The notes: generated by a model from the letters alone, not told the origin. A DNA stretch of 64,000 nt from Gammaproteobacteria bacterium (GCA_965222155.1 CBDCTH010000012.1:2784001-2848000), one strand, 5' to 3'; counted from the stretch's first letter, positions 30,292 through 42,237 are shown. Numbers and translations: made by a program.

Positions 30292-31011
30292 ATGTCAACA
30301 CCGTCCGGAATTGAATGGACCGAAATAACATGGAATCCTGTTACTGGTTGCACGAAAATCAGTCAGGGTTGCAAACATTGTTATGCGGAACGTCTTTCCA
30401 AGAGATTACAAAGTATGGGAATGCAAAAATACCGAAACGGATTTGCGGTAACTATTCATGTTTCAACCTTGGAAGAACCGTTGAAATGGGTGAAACCACG
30501 GCTAGTTTTCGTGAACTCCATGTCCGATCTTTTCCATAAGTCTGTTTCCCCGGAATTCATCAAAGCAGTGTTCGATATCATGAACCGCTTGCCACAACAC
30601 ACCTTTCAAATCCTTACAAAACGACCGGATCGTGTAACCCAGCTTAATAGCGCACTAAACTGGACACCCAATATCTGGCTTGGCGTAAGTATTGAGTCGG
30701 AGCGGTGGTTCAGTCGCCTTGAAAAGCTAAAAAAAACAGACGCAGAAATCAAATTCTTATCACTGGAACCGTTGCTGGAACAATTGCCTGACTTATCTCT
30801 GACCGGTGTTGACTGGGTCATCGTTGGAGGGGAATCCGGGCCGGGAGCAAGGCCCATAGCGCCGGACTGGGTAAAAGCCATCAGGGACAACTGTGTGCAA
30901 TCAAGTGTGCCCTTCTTTTTCAAACAATGGGGAGGGGCACTCAAGAAACGGACAGGCCGCATACTGGACGGCAGGACTTGGGATGAAATGCCACGACTCA
31001 ATACAGTCTAA
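30292..31011 (+). CDS. DUF5131 (phage Gp37/Gp68-like) three-Cys, radical-SAM-like protein
   Basis: IEWTEITWNPVTGCTKISQGCKHCYA, FVNSMSDLFH, WVIVGGESG, FFFKQWGG. Confidence 0.9.
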   Translation: MSTPSGIEWTEITWNPVTGCTKISQGCKHCYAERLSKRLQSMGMQKYRNGFAVTIHVSTLEEPLKWVKPRLVFVNSMSDLFHKSVSPEFIKAVFDIMNRLPQHTFQILTKRPDRVTQLNSALNWTPNIWLGVSIESERWFSRLEKLKKTDAEIKFLSLEPLLEQLPDLSLTGVDWVIVGGESGPGARPIAPDWVKAIRDNCVQSSVPFFFKQWGGALKKRTGRILDGRTWDEMPRLNTV

Positions 31012-31096
31012 TCAAAAAATTTCATCAATATTCAGATTTTCCTCTGATTTTTATGAACAGTGAAATTTGTGTCTGTCTTACTTCCAACGTTAACGG

Positions 31097-32275
31097 ATGC
31101 AAAATTGTGATCTGACCAGATCTAGCCGAAGGATGGGCGCGGTACAGTCACCTGTCGTCCCCATTGTGGCAGACCTGATCAAGGCCACTCCGGGCACCAT
31201 TTCATTGGGACAGGGGGTAGTCTGTTACGGACCGCCGGAGGCAGCCCTGCGCAACGTTCTGGTGCGCAGAGATGATCTGAATCAGTTCTATGGCCCCGTG
31301 GAAGGCATCCCGGAACTCGCCGGCATACTGAAGCGCAAGCTGTCAGAAGAGAACCATATCACCATTGATGAAGACCGGTGCCTGGTCGTCACGGCCGGCG
31401 CCAACATGGGTTTTCTGAACGCGCTGTTTGCCATTACCGACCCGGGCGCTGAAGTCATATTACCGACTCCTTATTACTTCAACCACGAAATGGCCGTCAG
31501 GATGTTGAACTGTGAGCCGGTTTGCGTGGCGACCGACCGGCATTTCCAGCTTGACCCCGAAGCCGTAGCCGTAGCGATTACCCCGCGCAGCGCGGCGGTC
31601 GTGACCATCTCGCCCAATAACCCCAGCGGCGCCGTCTACCCGGAACAAACATTAACGGCAATCAACGAACTGTGCCGGGAACGGGGGATTTACCACATCA
31701 GCGACGAGGCTTATGAGTATTTCGTATTCGACGACCAGCGCCATTTCTCCCCCGCCGGCCTGGATGATTCAGCCCGACACACTATTTCCCTGTTTTCCTT
31801 ATCCAAGGCATACGGGTTTTCGTCCTGGCGCATCGGTTATATGTTGATACCCGCGCACCTGCACGAAGCCGTGAGGAAGGTACAGGATACCAACCTGATC
31901 TGCCCGCCGCTGGCTTCGCAATATGCAGCTATCGGCGCGCTTGAGGCAGGCCGGAGATTTTGCGACGACAAGATCAGACAGATCGCCCGCAATCGCCTGT
32001 TTGTGCTTGAGGAACTGAAAAAACTGGACTGTCTCACGCATGACATTCGCTCCGATGGCGCCTTTTATGCGTTTCCGCGCCTGGAAACGAACCAGACTGA
32101 CATGGATATTGTCAAACGCCTGATCCGCGAATTCGGGATAGCGGTCATGCCCGGCAGCGCCTTCGGCATGCAGGAGGACTGCTACCTGAGAATTTCTTAC
32201 GGCGCCCTGGATCAATCAACAGTAGAGGAAGGGATGCAACGGCTGATTAACGGGCTGAATGCAATTATATGCTGA
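31097..32275 (+). CDS. PLP-dependent aminotransferase class I/II
   Basis: SPNNPSG, DEAYE, SLSKAYGFSSWRIG. Confidence 0.92.
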   Translation: MQNCDLTRSSRRMGAVQSPVVPIVADLIKATPGTISLGQGVVCYGPPEAALRNVLVRRDDLNQFYGPVEGIPELAGILKRKLSEENHITIDEDRCLVVTAGANMGFLNALFAITDPGAEVILPTPYYFNHEMAVRMLNCEPVCVATDRHFQLDPEAVAVAITPRSAAVVTISPNNPSGAVYPEQTLTAINELCRERGIYHISDEAYEYFVFDDQRHFSPAGLDDSARHTISLFSLSKAYGFSSWRIGYMLIPAHLHEAVRKVQDTNLICPPLASQYAAIGALEAGRRFCDDKIRQIARNRLFVLEELKKLDCLTHDIRSDGAFYAFPRLETNQTDMDIVKRLIREFGIAVMPGSAFGMQEDCYLRISYGALDQSTVEEGMQRLINGLNAIIC

Positions 32276-32287
32276 ACAACGCGTTCT

Positions 32288-33079
32288 CTATCGCCTGCCC
32301 CGTTTCGACCAGCGCTTATAGGCGTTTTCCAACTGGTCATGCTGTCCGTCCGGCCAGCGGCTCACCCGCCTGGTCAAGCGTTTAGAGCCATGGGCTTTAT
32401 GGAACAGCGTGACGTTCCCGGTCTTGAAGAACGGGATCAGCGCCATGCCGGCGACAAAACCGCCTATGTGGGCAAACCAGGCCACGCCGCCGCCTTCCGA
32501 CGAAGTGAGCGCGGAGCTGATCAACTGCATGGCAAACCACAGGCCCAGTACCCATAAGGCCGGCAGCCTTACCAGTTGTATGAAGAACCCCAGGGGGATC
32601 AACACCAGCACCCTGGCGCGGGGATAAAGTATGAGGTAAGCGCCCAATACCCCTGAGATGGCGCCGCTGGCGCCGATCATGGGTATCTCGGAGTTCGGGT
32701 TCTGCAATACCTGGCCGAATACGGCCGCGACCCCGCACAGCAGGTAAAACACGATAAAGCGCCGGTGCCCCATCGCATCTTCCACGTTGTTGCCGAAAAT
32801 CCACAGGTACAGCATGTTGCCGGCCAGGTGCATGAAGCCGCCGTGCAGGAACATGGAGGTAAACACGGTTACGGTGGCGGGCACCACCGCTAGTTCCGCC
32901 GGCAACGTGACCTTGTTCAACAACACGGCAGGGATGACGCCCAGGGCATAGACGGATGCCTGGTAGCCTTGCGTACCCAGGGAAGCCTGCCACAGGAACA
33001 CCAGGACGCAGGCCGCTATGAAGGCTACGGTCAGTACCGGAAAAATCTTTGTGGGGTTATCGTCGTGAAGAGGGATCAT
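32288..33079 (-). CDS. Rhomboid family intramembrane serine protease
   Basis: [26 protein letters not shown]. Confidence 0.93.
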   Translation of the reverse strand: MIPLHDDNPTKIFPVLTVAFIAACVLVFLWQASLGTQGYQASVYALGVIPAVLLNKVTLPAELAVVPATVTVFTSMFLHGGFMHLAGNMLYLWIFGNNVEDAMGHRRFIVFYLLCGVAAVFGQVLQNPNSEIPMIGASGAISGVLGAYLILYPRARVLVLIPLGFFIQLVRLPALWVLGLWFAMQLISSALTSSEGGGVAWFAHIGGFVAGMALIPFFKTGNVTLFHKAHGSKRLTRRVSRWPDGQHDQLENAYKRWSKRGRR

Positions 33080-33968
33080 CTAATAATCTGGCCCGGGCCT
33101 CTTTGTATTTGGCGGAAGTGTGATTGATAACCTCATCAGGCAATGCCGGGCCCGGAGCTTTTTTGTCCCAGTCCAGGGTTTCAAGATAGTCCCTTACGTA
33201 CTGCTTGTCAAAACTGGGGGGACTGATACCCGTGCGGTAAGAAGCCGCAGGCCAGAAGCGGGACGAATCGGGCGTTACTACCTCATCGATCAGGAACAGC
33301 TCGCCGCTCCGATCAGTGCCGAATTCCAGTTTGGTATCGGCAATGATGATGCCTCGATCCCTTGCATATTTCGCTGCTTGTTGATAGATGGCCAAACTCA
33401 GCCTGCGAACTTTTTCCGCAAGGCCGCTACCCAACAGCGCGACGGCTTGTTCAAAACTGATATTTTCATCATGCTCCCCTGCCTCCGCCTTAGTGGAAGG
33501 CGTAAATATCAGTTCCGGCAACTGTTGCGCCTGTTGCAGACCGACCGGCAATGTTATGCCGCAGACCGCGCCGCTACGCTGGTAGTCTTTCCAGCCTGAG
33601 CCGATGATGTATCCCCGGACGATAGCTTCCACCGGCAGAGGGGTCAGTTTTTTAACAACGATGGCCCGGCCTTCGAGTTGGTTGACCTCGCCCTCCGTAA
33701 GACCGATGGAATCCAGGCTGCGACCGGTCAGGTGGTTGCCGATCAAATGTTCGGTCCGGGCAAACCAGAAATTGGATACCGTGGTCAATACCCTGCCTTT
33801 TCCGGGGATGGGATCGGGCAGCACCACGTCGAAGGCGGAGATACGGTCACTGGTGACGATCAGGAGGTGGCCGGCATCCACATCATAGATGTCCCGGACC
33901 TTGCCCCGATTCACCAGCGGCAAGGTGTCAATGGTTGAGCGGTACAGCGCGGCAGGCAAATCTGTCAT
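33057..33968 (-). CDS. purC: SAICAR synthase
   Basis: [38 protein letters not shown]. Confidence 0.96.
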   Translation of the reverse strand: MTDLPAALYRSTIDTLPLVNRGKVRDIYDVDAGHLLIVTSDRISAFDVVLPDPIPGKGRVLTTVSNFWFARTEHLIGNHLTGRSLDSIGLTEGEVNQLEGRAIVVKKLTPLPVEAIVRGYIIGSGWKDYQRSGAVCGITLPVGLQQAQQLPELIFTPSTKAEAGEHDENISFEQAVALLGSGLAEKVRRLSLAIYQQAAKYARDRGIIIADTKLEFGTDRSGELFLIDEVVTPDSSRFWPAASYRTGISPPSFDKQYVRDYLETLDWDKKAPGPALPDEVINHTSAKYKEARARLLDDPSSRR

Positions 33969-34084
33969 ACAAGCTCCTCCGTATTACGTTTTTCCACGGC
34001 TACATGTCCGTCAAAGTGATTGATGATTAAATACCCTCCAGTCCCGGATTACAATATCCGCAAACTAATAGATACCTGACATAT

Positions 34085-34310
34085 CCCCGTCCGCCATGCC
34101 GGGTTTGACCCCCCGTCGCCATACCGGGCTTGACCCGGTATCCAGTCTGATGTTATATCGCCGGAGCCTGCCCCGGCATGTCGTAAGCCGGGGGCGACTC
34201 ATTGTTTCACTGGATTTCCATCCTTAGGTCCGTAAACGGCACATCCCCCTGCTTACAGCATGCAGGGGCAGGCTATGTGCCACTACTCTGCTTTCGCAGG
34301 AATGGTATGG
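34085..34310. repeat. Composite of nested palindromic repeats
   Basis: REP doublet (CCGGGCTTGACCCGGTATCCAG ... CTGGATTTCC...GCTTTCGCAGGAATG) interrupted by two copies of a ~30-bp hairpin and a GGCACAT..ATGTGCC palindrome. Confidence 0.75.
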
Positions 34311-34322
34311 GGCAGCAGCAAC

Positions 34323-35999
34323 TTACTTTTTGCTTATCTTCGCCCAGCTGTCGCGCAGCGTTACAATCCGGTTGAAGACCGGTTTGTCCGGCGACCAGTC
34401 TTCCCGGTCAGCGCAGAAGTATCCCAGACGTTCAAACTGAAAGCGTTGCTCCGGTTCTGCTTGCGCCAGGTCCGGTTCAATGAGACAACGTGTAAGCGTC
34501 TCCAGGGAAGCCGGGTTGATATGGCTCTTCCAGTCCTGCTCACCCCGGTCGGGATTGGCAATGGAAAACAGCCTGTCATAGAGCCTTACCTGCGCGGGAC
34601 GCGCGTGTTTTGCCGAAACCCAGTGGATCGTCCCCTTGACCTTGCGTCCGTCGGGGGCGTTACCGCCCCGTGTGGCCGGATCATAGCTGCAATGCAACTC
34701 AAGCACTGCGTCGGTTTGCTCATCCTTGACAACTTTGTTGCAGGTGATGAAATAAGCATAACGCAGGCGCACTTCCCGGCCGGGCGCCAGACGGAAGAAC
34801 TTCCTTGGTGCATCTTCCATAAAATCATCCTGTTCAATATACAACACCTTGCTGAACGGGACCCGGCGCGCGCCCATAGCCGGGTCCTGGGGATGATTGG
34901 CGGCATCCAGCAACTCCTCTTCTTCATCGGGATAGTTGTCGATCACGACTTTCAACGGGCGTAATACCGCCATGCGGCGCGGCGCGGCGACGCCCAGTTC
35001 GTTCCTGATAACATGTTCCAGCACACCCGCGTCAATATAGGTGTCGCTCTTGGTCAGGCCGATCAGCTCGCAAAAGTCGCGTATGGATTTCGGGGTAAAC
35101 CCGCGCCGCCGCAAGCCGGACAGGGTGGGCATGCGCGGGTCATCCCAGCCGTCCACGCTCCCGTCATCGACCAGTTCGATCAGCCTGCGTTTGCTCAGCA
35201 CCGTATACTCAAGGTTCAGCCGGGCGAATTCATACTGGCGCGGGCGCGCAGGCGTATTCAGGTTGTCGATAAACCAGTCGTACAAAGGACGGTGGTCCTC
35301 AAATTCCAGACTGCACAGTGAGTGGCTGACATGCTCCAGCGCATCCGACAGACACTGGGTAAAATCGTACATGGGATAGATGCACCAGTCATCGCCGGTG
35401 CGGTAATGGCGCGACCTGCGAATCCGGTAAATGACCGGATCGCGCATGTTCAGGTTGGCCGCCTGCATGTCAATTTTCGCCCTGAGCACGTGTTCACCAT
35501 CGGCAAATTCACCAGCTTTCATCTTGTGGAACAATTCCAGGTTTTCAGCAACCGGCCTGTTTCGATGGGGACTGTCAGTTCCCGGTTGCGTCAAAGTACC
35601 GCGATATTCCCTGATCCGGTCCGCGCTCATGCTGTCCACATAGGCTTTTCCCTGCTCAATCAGTTCGATTGCAAAACGGAACAGCCGAGCAAAATAATCC
35701 GAGGCAAAAAACAACCTGTCTTCCCAGTCGAAGCCCAGCCAGCGTACGTCTTCCTGTATGGCCTCAACGTATTTCATGTCCTCTTTTTCCGGGTTGGTAT
35801 CATCAAAGCGCAGGTTGCATTTCCCCCGGTACTGCGCCGCCATGCCGAAGTTCAGGCAGATTGCCTTGGCATGGCCTATATGCAGGAAACCGTTGGGTTC
35901 CGGCGGAAAGCGCGTGTAGACGCCTTCCGGGCAACGGCCCTGTGCCAAATCATCGTCGATGATCTTGCGGATAAAATGTGTCGGCGTTGAATTTTCCAT
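34323..35999 (-). CDS. glnS: Glutamine--tRNA ligase
   Basis: [37 protein letters not shown]. Confidence 0.97.
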   Translation of the reverse strand: MENSTPTHFIRKIIDDDLAQGRCPEGVYTRFPPEPNGFLHIGHAKAICLNFGMAAQYRGKCNLRFDDTNPEKEDMKYVEAIQEDVRWLGFDWEDRLFFASDYFARLFRFAIELIEQGKAYVDSMSADRIREYRGTLTQPGTDSPHRNRPVAENLELFHKMKAGEFADGEHVLRAKIDMQAANLNMRDPVIYRIRRSRHYRTGDDWCIYPMYDFTQCLSDALEHVSHSLCSLEFEDHRPLYDWFIDNLNTPARPRQYEFARLNLEYTVLSKRRLIELVDDGSVDGWDDPRMPTLSGLRRRGFTPKSIRDFCELIGLTKSDTYIDAGVLEHVIRNELGVAAPRRMAVLRPLKVVIDNYPDEEEELLDAANHPQDPAMGARRVPFSKVLYIEQDDFMEDAPRKFFRLAPGREVRLRYAYFITCNKVVKDEQTDAVLELHCSYDPATRGGNAPDGRKVKGTIHWVSAKHARPAQVRLYDRLFSIANPDRGEQDWKSHINPASLETLTRCLIEPDLAQAEPEQRFQFERLGYFCADREDWSPDKPVFNRIVTLRDSWAKISKK

Positions 36000-36013
36000 C
36001 CGGTCGTATGGCC

Positions 36014-38503
36014 TCAGCCATTCTTTACAAAATCAGGTATATCGCCATCCAGGCCAGTGGCCCGGCGCATTGTGAAATTCTTCAGGTCCTGAAATGAATT
36101 ATACAGGCCCAGCCCGGCATTCCTTAACGGGGGAACGGGTAAAGTCTGGTTTTCAAACAGGTATTTTAAACTCTCCAGGGCCATCATGACCATAAAATTT
36201 TCACCTTTGCGCCATCTTTCATACTTTCTCAGCACTGCCGTACTGCCCGGATCGCGTCCTTTTGTCCCGGCTTCCCTGATCACCTGGAACAGACTGGCCA
36301 CGTCGAGCAGACCCAGGTTGGCGCCCAGCCCGGCCAGGGGATGAACACAATGCGCCGCATCGCCGACCAGGGCAATCCTGTCGGAGCAGTAATGGCGCGC
36401 CTGCGCTCTTTGCAGGGGGAAACTCTGCCTGACGCCGGCGTCGGTAACCGCGCCCAGGGAGTGCTCGAACGCCTCGGCCAGCGCCTGTTGAAATGCAGCC
36501 TTATCCATGGCGAGCAGCTCTGCCGCGTGTCCCGGGGCAGTCGACCAGACCACGCCACAGCGATTCGGTTCGGCCAGGGGCAGGAACGCCAGGGGGCCGT
36601 CGGTCATAAACCGCTGGCGGGCGACTTGCCCGTGGCTCATTTCCGTGCGGACGATACTCGCAACGGCCGTTTGCCGGTATTGACGCACGCGATACTCTAT
36701 TCCGGCAAGCTGCCTGATCTTCGAACCTGTTCCGTCCGCGCCGACAAGCAGTTTTGTCGACAGTTCGCGGCCATCACTCAGCGTCACCCTGACAGCCTTG
36801 TGATCGTTAATGAGACCGACCGGTTCCACGCCGGCGCACAGCGTAACACCAGGCAGCCCGGCGCGGACTGTTTCCAACGCATGCACCAATACATTTTGCC
36901 TCACCGTATATGCCAGGGTCGACTGGCCGATATCGGCGCTATCGAAGTGGAGGCTGCCGGCGCCGTTCTCATCCCACACCTGCATGTGTTTGAACAGGCC
37001 GGGCTGCTCCGCCAGTTGCTGCCAGGCCCGGACCACAGACAGAATATTCCGGGACGCCGGGGTCAGGGCCAACACCCGGGCATCCTCAGCCGCGGTCCCG
37101 GTTGCGCCCGGTGTGCTGCGCTCGACCAGGATACATTCCATACCGTTGGCTGCCGCCAATAACGCCATAGCGCCGCCGACCACGCCGCCGCCGACTATCA
37201 GGAGCTCCGTATCCACAGGCCGGGAGACGGAAACGCGGGTCCCGGTCGCTGCGGTTTGCCCTGTAATCCCGGCTATTGCGGGTTGGGCGCGGTTTGCCTC
37301 CCGTTGCATCGATCCCCTGCCGCGCGCCGTCCGGAGTCCTGTCGCCTGCCTGATAAATTCTTTTTTCAGGGGCGGCAGCGTATCGAGGATCAGCATTGCG
37401 CCGGTGCGCAGCGCGGCCTTCAGCGGGTTCGAATCGTTGAACGCCCTTTGCAGTAAATCGGTGAAGCGGATAACCTGCTGCTGATCCGCCTGCCTGGCTG
37501 AACTGTATGCGGCAAGGACCTCTGCGGCCCCCACGTCGCCGCCATTGCGCAGGGTCGCGCCAAGCTGATCGGCCAGTTGCGCCACGTCCCGCAAAACAAG
37601 ATTAAACCCCTGGGCGCCGTTGGGGTGGATAGTATGCGCGGCATTGCCCAGCAGCACGATGCGATCATGGGTCTGTTGTTCCGGCCGGAGTAAAAACAGG
37701 GGGTAGGATTTCCTCGCGCCCGCACCGGATAAGCTCCCCAGACGCTTGCCGAATGCCTGTTGCAGCAGATCGAGATAGGTCTCGTCGTCAAGCTGTAAAT
37801 AACTGTCCGCCTTGTCTGCCGGCGTTACCATGACCGAAACGCAACGGCGGCCCTGCAGCGGCAATAAGGCAACCAGGCCGCCGGGGGTAAATCTCTCGTA
37901 CGCCGTGTTACGGTGGTCCCGGGAAATCGAGACGTTGCTGACGATGGCCGCTTGCCGGTAATCATGGATTCTTGTTTTTATCCCGGCCAGTTCCCTGGTG
38001 TTTGAAAAAGCGCCGTCCGCTATCACGAGAAGTCTGCACTTCAGGACCGAATCCTCCCTGGCCTGCCTGATCCGTACGCTGACCGAGTGGGGGTCGCGCT
38101 CTATTGCGACAGCCGTTGCCGGGCAGAACGTGTCAATATTGGCGTGACCGGCCATCTCCCCGGACAGCGTGCGTCCCAGCTCATGGGCGCGCGCCACAAA
38201 CCCCAAAGCATCGACACCCAGCATATCGGCAGACATCCTGACACAGCCGAAGCGGCCCCGGGTACTGACGTGTATTCTTTCAACGGGACAAACAGACGAC
38301 CCCAGTTTCGACCACAGGCCTATCTCGTCCAGTAACCTCCAGGAAGAAAGGGATAAGGCGATGCCTCTCGCGTCTTCGTCCCGGCCGCTGTCATCCGGCG
38401 CCTGTGTCTGTTCAACCAGGGCAATGCCGGCCTTTTCTCCGGCCAGGGCACAGGCAAGACCGGCGCCGGCTAGGCCGCCGCCGATAACTGCAATATCATA
38501 CAT
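36014..38503 (-). CDS. Fused UbiH-UbiI(VisC) FAD-dependent ubiquinone hydroxylases
   Basis: 829 aa containing two complete modules: [26 protein letters not shown] and [27 protein letters not shown]. Lies downstream of pepP, where ubiH and ubiI normally sit. Confidence 0.88.
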   Translation of the reverse strand: MYDIAVIGGGLAGAGLACALAGEKAGIALVEQTQAPDDSGRDEDARGIALSLSSWRLLDEIGLWSKLGSSVCPVERIHVSTRGRFGCVRMSADMLGVDALGFVARAHELGRTLSGEMAGHANIDTFCPATAVAIERDPHSVSVRIRQAREDSVLKCRLLVIADGAFSNTRELAGIKTRIHDYRQAAIVSNVSISRDHRNTAYERFTPGGLVALLPLQGRRCVSVMVTPADKADSYLQLDDETYLDLLQQAFGKRLGSLSGAGARKSYPLFLLRPEQQTHDRIVLLGNAAHTIHPNGAQGFNLVLRDVAQLADQLGATLRNGGDVGAAEVLAAYSSARQADQQQVIRFTDLLQRAFNDSNPLKAALRTGAMLILDTLPPLKKEFIRQATGLRTARGRGSMQREANRAQPAIAGITGQTAATGTRVSVSRPVDTELLIVGGGVVGGAMALLAAANGMECILVERSTPGATGTAAEDARVLALTPASRNILSVVRAWQQLAEQPGLFKHMQVWDENGAGSLHFDSADIGQSTLAYTVRQNVLVHALETVRAGLPGVTLCAGVEPVGLINDHKAVRVTLSDGRELSTKLLVGADGTGSKIRQLAGIEYRVRQYRQTAVASIVRTEMSHGQVARQRFMTDGPLAFLPLAEPNRCGVVWSTAPGHAAELLAMDKAAFQQALAEAFEHSLGAVTDAGVRQSFPLQRAQARHYCSDRIALVGDAAHCVHPLAGLGANLGLLDVASLFQVIREAGTKGRDPGSTAVLRKYERWRKGENFMVMMALESLKYLFENQTLPVPPLRNAGLGLYNSFQDLKNFTMRRATGLDGDIPDFVKNG

Positions 38504-38511
38504 CGCACAAA

Positions 38512-39822
38512 CTAACCATTCAGCGACATCAGCGCCTCGATTTCAGCAACGCTTTTGGGCGCTTCCCGGCTCAGCACCTCATGGCCGGCCTTCGTTACCA
38601 GCACATCATCTTCAATACGCACGCCGATGTTCCACCATTTCTTGGCAAGACCCGGTTGCGGCGGGAAATACAGTCCCGGTTCAATGGTCATAACCATACC
38701 CGGCTCCAGCATGCGCCACTCATCGCCTACCTTATATTCGCCGACGTCGTGTACGTCCATACCCAGCCAGTGCCCGGTTTTGTGCATGAAATAACGATTG
38801 TAAACCTTCTCCTTCATCAAGGTCTGCGGTTGTCCCTTGAGAATTCCCAACTCAACCAGGCCTTCGGTCAGCACTTCAACTGCCGCGTCATGGGGTTGCG
38901 CCCAGTGATGCCCCGGCCTCACTGCATCGATTGCAGCCTGCTGCGCGGCCAGGACAAGCTCGTACACCGATTTCTGCCGGCTGTTGAAGCGGCCGTTGAC
39001 CGGGAACGTACGGGTTACGTCACTCGCATAGCATTCATATTCAGCCCCGGCGTCAATCAATAATATGTCACCGTCTTCCAGTTCCCGGGTATTATCTGTG
39101 TAATGCAAAACGCAACTGTTTGCGCCGCTGCCTACAATGGAAGGATAGGCTGTGCTGTGCGCACCCTGGCGCATGAACTCGTGGATCAGTTCAGCCTCAA
39201 TCTGATATTCCGTCATCCCCGGATGACATGCTTTCATGGCGCGTACGTGGGCATTGGCCGAAATGGCAGCCGCCTTGCGTAACATGCTTATTTCATGGCG
39301 GCTTTTATACAAACGCATGTCATGGAGGATATGGTTCATGGAAACGAATTCCTCCGGTGCGTGGATACCGCTGCGCGCCTTGCCGCGCACTTGATTGACC
39401 CAGCCAAGCACACGTTGATCGAACACGGCGTTATTACCCATGGTGTAATAAATTCGCTCCCGGTTCTCCAGCAACCCGGGCAAAATATCGTCCAGGTCGG
39501 TAATCGGGTAGGCATCATCCGCGCCGTAATCATTACAAGCGCCTTCCAGGCCGGCCCTGGCGCCGTGCCAGACTTCCTGTTCCGGGTTACGTTCACGACA
39601 AAACAGGACAAATTCTCCCAGCCCCCGGCCCGGGATCAACGCGATAACGGCTTCCGGTTCGGCAAACCCCGTTAAATAATAAAAATCGCTATCGGGACGA
39701 TAGCGAAATTGCACGTCGCGGTTACGTGTCTTCTCAGGCGCGGCGGGCAGGATCGCAATACTGCCATCGCCCAGCATATCCATGAGTTTCTTGCGGCGCT
39801 TGTGAAATTCACTGTGTTTCAT
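38512..39822 (-). CDS. pepP: Xaa-Pro aminopeptidase
   Basis: [50 protein letters not shown]. Confidence 0.96.
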   Translation of the reverse strand: MKHSEFHKRRKKLMDMLGDGSIAILPAAPEKTRNRDVQFRYRPDSDFYYLTGFAEPEAVIALIPGRGLGEFVLFCRERNPEQEVWHGARAGLEGACNDYGADDAYPITDLDDILPGLLENRERIYYTMGNNAVFDQRVLGWVNQVRGKARSGIHAPEEFVSMNHILHDMRLYKSRHEISMLRKAAAISANAHVRAMKACHPGMTEYQIEAELIHEFMRQGAHSTAYPSIVGSGANSCVLHYTDNTRELEDGDILLIDAGAEYECYASDVTRTFPVNGRFNSRQKSVYELVLAAQQAAIDAVRPGHHWAQPHDAAVEVLTEGLVELGILKGQPQTLMKEKVYNRYFMHKTGHWLGMDVHDVGEYKVGDEWRMLEPGMVMTIEPGLYFPPQPGLAKKWWNIGVRIEDDVLVTKAGHEVLSREAPKSVAEIEALMSLNG

Positions 39823-39888
39823 CCGGCATGCTCATATATTTCCAGGAGCTTCTACCGTACCGTGATACATTCCCAAAAGCAATGGGAG

Positions 39889-39932
39889 TTATGGGGACAA
39901 CAGGGGACGGATATTTAAATCCGTCCCCTGTT
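39889..39932. repeat. GGGGAC-type palindrome
   Basis: TTATGGGGACAAC followed by AACAGGGGACGGAT-ATTTAA-ATCCGTCCCCTGTT; sister copy at 45809-45832. Confidence 0.75.
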
Positions 39933-39940
39933 ACCGCTTC

Positions 39941-41630
39941 CTACCACGGGATAGTCGTGCGCAGCATCAACCCGTGTTCCGGTCGGGCAAGGGCCGTCTC
40001 ATGACGCTCACCGGCCAGGCTCAGGCTTAACGATTGACCCAACTCAAAGCGCCAGCCCAGGCGCGTGGTACGGCTGCCGCCGCCGGCCAGCTCAACGCTG
40101 CCGTACGGCGTCAGCAGCCCATGGGTCCACGGCACGTCCAGCCCATAGCCCCACTCCGCCTTGATGCGGCCCCGCGGGGTCGTCAGCCCCGGCCCGCGCG
40201 CCAGCCCCGCCGTGTCCTGCCGCTGCCATAACGCATCCGCACCGCTGTCCGCCCGGCACACCTCGATGCGGAAGCCCTGCAGCTTCGAGAGGTTCAGCGA
40301 CTGGTCGGAGTTGAAGGCGTTGTACGGCCGCACCCAGATCACCTCCGCGCGGCTGCTGTCGGTGGCCGCCACCCTGAGGTTCTGCGGCGCGGTCGGGATC
40401 TGGGTGATCTCCAGCGACGGCAGGCCCGTGACCAATGCCGCATTCCCCCGTCCGTGCGCGTTCACCGCGCGCACCTCGAAGGTGTACTCCGTGCCGTTGG
40501 CGAGCTCCTCCACAGTGTGCGTCGTCGCCAGGGCGACGTCCGTCCAGCTGCCGAACGACGTCGCGTCCGATTCCTTCCAGCGCACCTCGTAGCTGGTCAC
40601 CGGGCCGTCGTCGTCCTGTACCGTCAGCACGGTGCGGGCGGGGTCGCCCTCGGTCACACGCTCCGGGCGCGTGCCGAAGGTCAGGGTCAGGGTTTCGTCG
40701 GACTCCTTGTCGAGCAGACCGACGGCGCCGGGTTGCCGACGAATAGAGCAATTGAACCGTTCGAGACCGACGCCAGAGAGATCGTGACCGCGCCGTCCTC
40801 CGCCTCGTTTTCCGAATCGACGTCGGTGGCCACCGTGAAGTCTCCCGACGCCTGGCAGGCGACCATGTCCACGCCGCCCGAGGCCGCGTCCAGATACCCG
40901 CCCGGATCCGACGCCGACCAGTTCAGGCCGGCGGGGAAAGTCGCCACGCAATCGGCGTTGCCGGAGTCGTCCAGCCGTGCCAGGCGGAACTCGGCGTTCT
41001 CGCCCTCCTCGATCGAGGGCGGCTCCGTATTCGCCAGCAAGCCGCGCGGCGTCAGTTCGAACCAGTAGCGGACCGGGGTGACGGATGACCGCGACTCAGG
41101 GCCTTCGCCCCCCGCGGCGTTCTTCGCCCCCCGCGCGAACTCGTAGCCCGCCGGCAGGTTCTCCGCGCGATCCTTATGCACGTATGTCGTGATCGGCAGA
41201 CCGGTCGCGGGCCACTGCCGCCGGCCTCCCGACCACGGGTTCAGATCGTTGCTGGCGATGTCGATAGTAAAGGTCTTGACGTCGAGAGCGCTGCCGTCCA
41301 CCTCGTCGTTGTACCCGACAAACTGGTTGATGCCCAAATCCCGAACCGTGACGTTTCCCGTCCAGATCGGGTCCGTCATGGCGTCGGTGCTGCAGGCAAT
41401 CACCGAGCCGCTGGTCTCCATAACGACCGTGGACGCCGTCCCCGTCCCGATACTGTTGATGGCCGAGACCCGGTAGTGCCGCGTGCTTCCCGCCGTGAGC
41501 ATCGTGTGGCTGTAGGCCGTGTCCGTCGACATCGTGTCGGCAACCAGGTCGGTTCAGGTGACGCCGCTGTCCGTAGAGACCTCGATCTTGTAACCGGTCA
41601 CGTCCGCGCCGCCACTCGTAGACGGCTCCC
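39941..41630 (-). pseudogene. Decayed fibronectin type III repeat surface protein with a beta-barrel-like C-terminus
   Basis: FN3 motifs (VTGYKIEVS...YRVSAINSIG; SYEVRW...YTFEVRAVN) and a C-terminal AEWGYG...LTPYG...W segment. In-frame TGA at a conserved Trp (41554-41556), a frameshift near 40750, 5' end missing; visibly GC-richer than the flanks. Confidence 0.75.
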
Positions 41631-41832
41631 CCCCAGGACAGGCAGTCATGGGCTCGGCTCGGCTCTTAATGAGCTTGTGCCCGGCGTCGGCCCGTGTCAA
41701 GCCGGTTTTTTCATGCTCCGGGGGGAACGGAACCTGCGTTTCACTCAGTATCGTTGCCGGTAACGTCATGCTGCGTATCTCTCCGAATAAACAGGTTTTT
41801 CTTAACCGCGACGATGAATTATGGGGACACGG

Positions 41833-41875
41833 AATTATGGGGACACAATACTTAATTCGCGGTGTCCCCATAATT
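41833..41875. repeat. 19-bp repeat copy A (GGGGACACAATACTTAATT, 41839-41857) within a hairpin
   Basis: Identical 19-mer also at 42645-42663 (rc), 43207-43225, 43289-43307 (rc) and 45775-45793. Confidence 0.9.
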
Positions 41876-41907
41876 CGCGAATTTTTAATTGTAGTTACAG
41901 CGTAGTC

Positions 41908-41944
41908 TTGACCGTAGACACGGAAACGTTCATACTGTAGTCAA
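41908..41944 (+). promoter_or_regulatory. Putative sigma70 promoter/operator of the phd-vapC module
   Basis: TTGACC-17 nt-CATACT, bracketed by TTGAC...GTCAA. Confidence 0.5.
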
Positions 41945-41967
41945 TTAGAACCACCAAGAGGTTTTTC

Positions 41968-42222
41968 ATGGAATTTGCACTACGTCAGGCAAAAGCGCGC
42001 CTTTCCGAACTTGTCGCTGCTGCCCAAGGTGGTGAGCGCGTTGTTATCACGAAACATGGAGAGCCAGCGGTCGAACTCGTTCGCTTTCGCAAGCGTGGCG
42101 GAATCGACTTCGACAAACTGGATGAGGCGCGTCACCGCTTTGGGATTGTGAACGACGATACAGAGTGGCCCGAGGAATTTGATGACCCGGCATTCAGTCG
42201 CAAGGTTCTTGGGATTAACTAG
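41968..42222 (+). CDS. Phd/YefM family antitoxin
   Basis: QAKARLSELVAAAQGGERVVITKHGEPAVEL. Confidence 0.9.
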   Translation: MEFALRQAKARLSELVAAAQGGERVVITKHGEPAVELVRFRKRGGIDFDKLDEARHRFGIVNDDTEWPEEFDDPAFSRKVLGIN

Positions 42223-42237
42223 GCCATACCCGGTCTC

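Noticed and set aside
30292-31011. Prophage, because of the phage Gp37/Gp68 annotation
   Set aside because: No structural, integrase or replication phage genes nearby; the family is common in non-phage islands.
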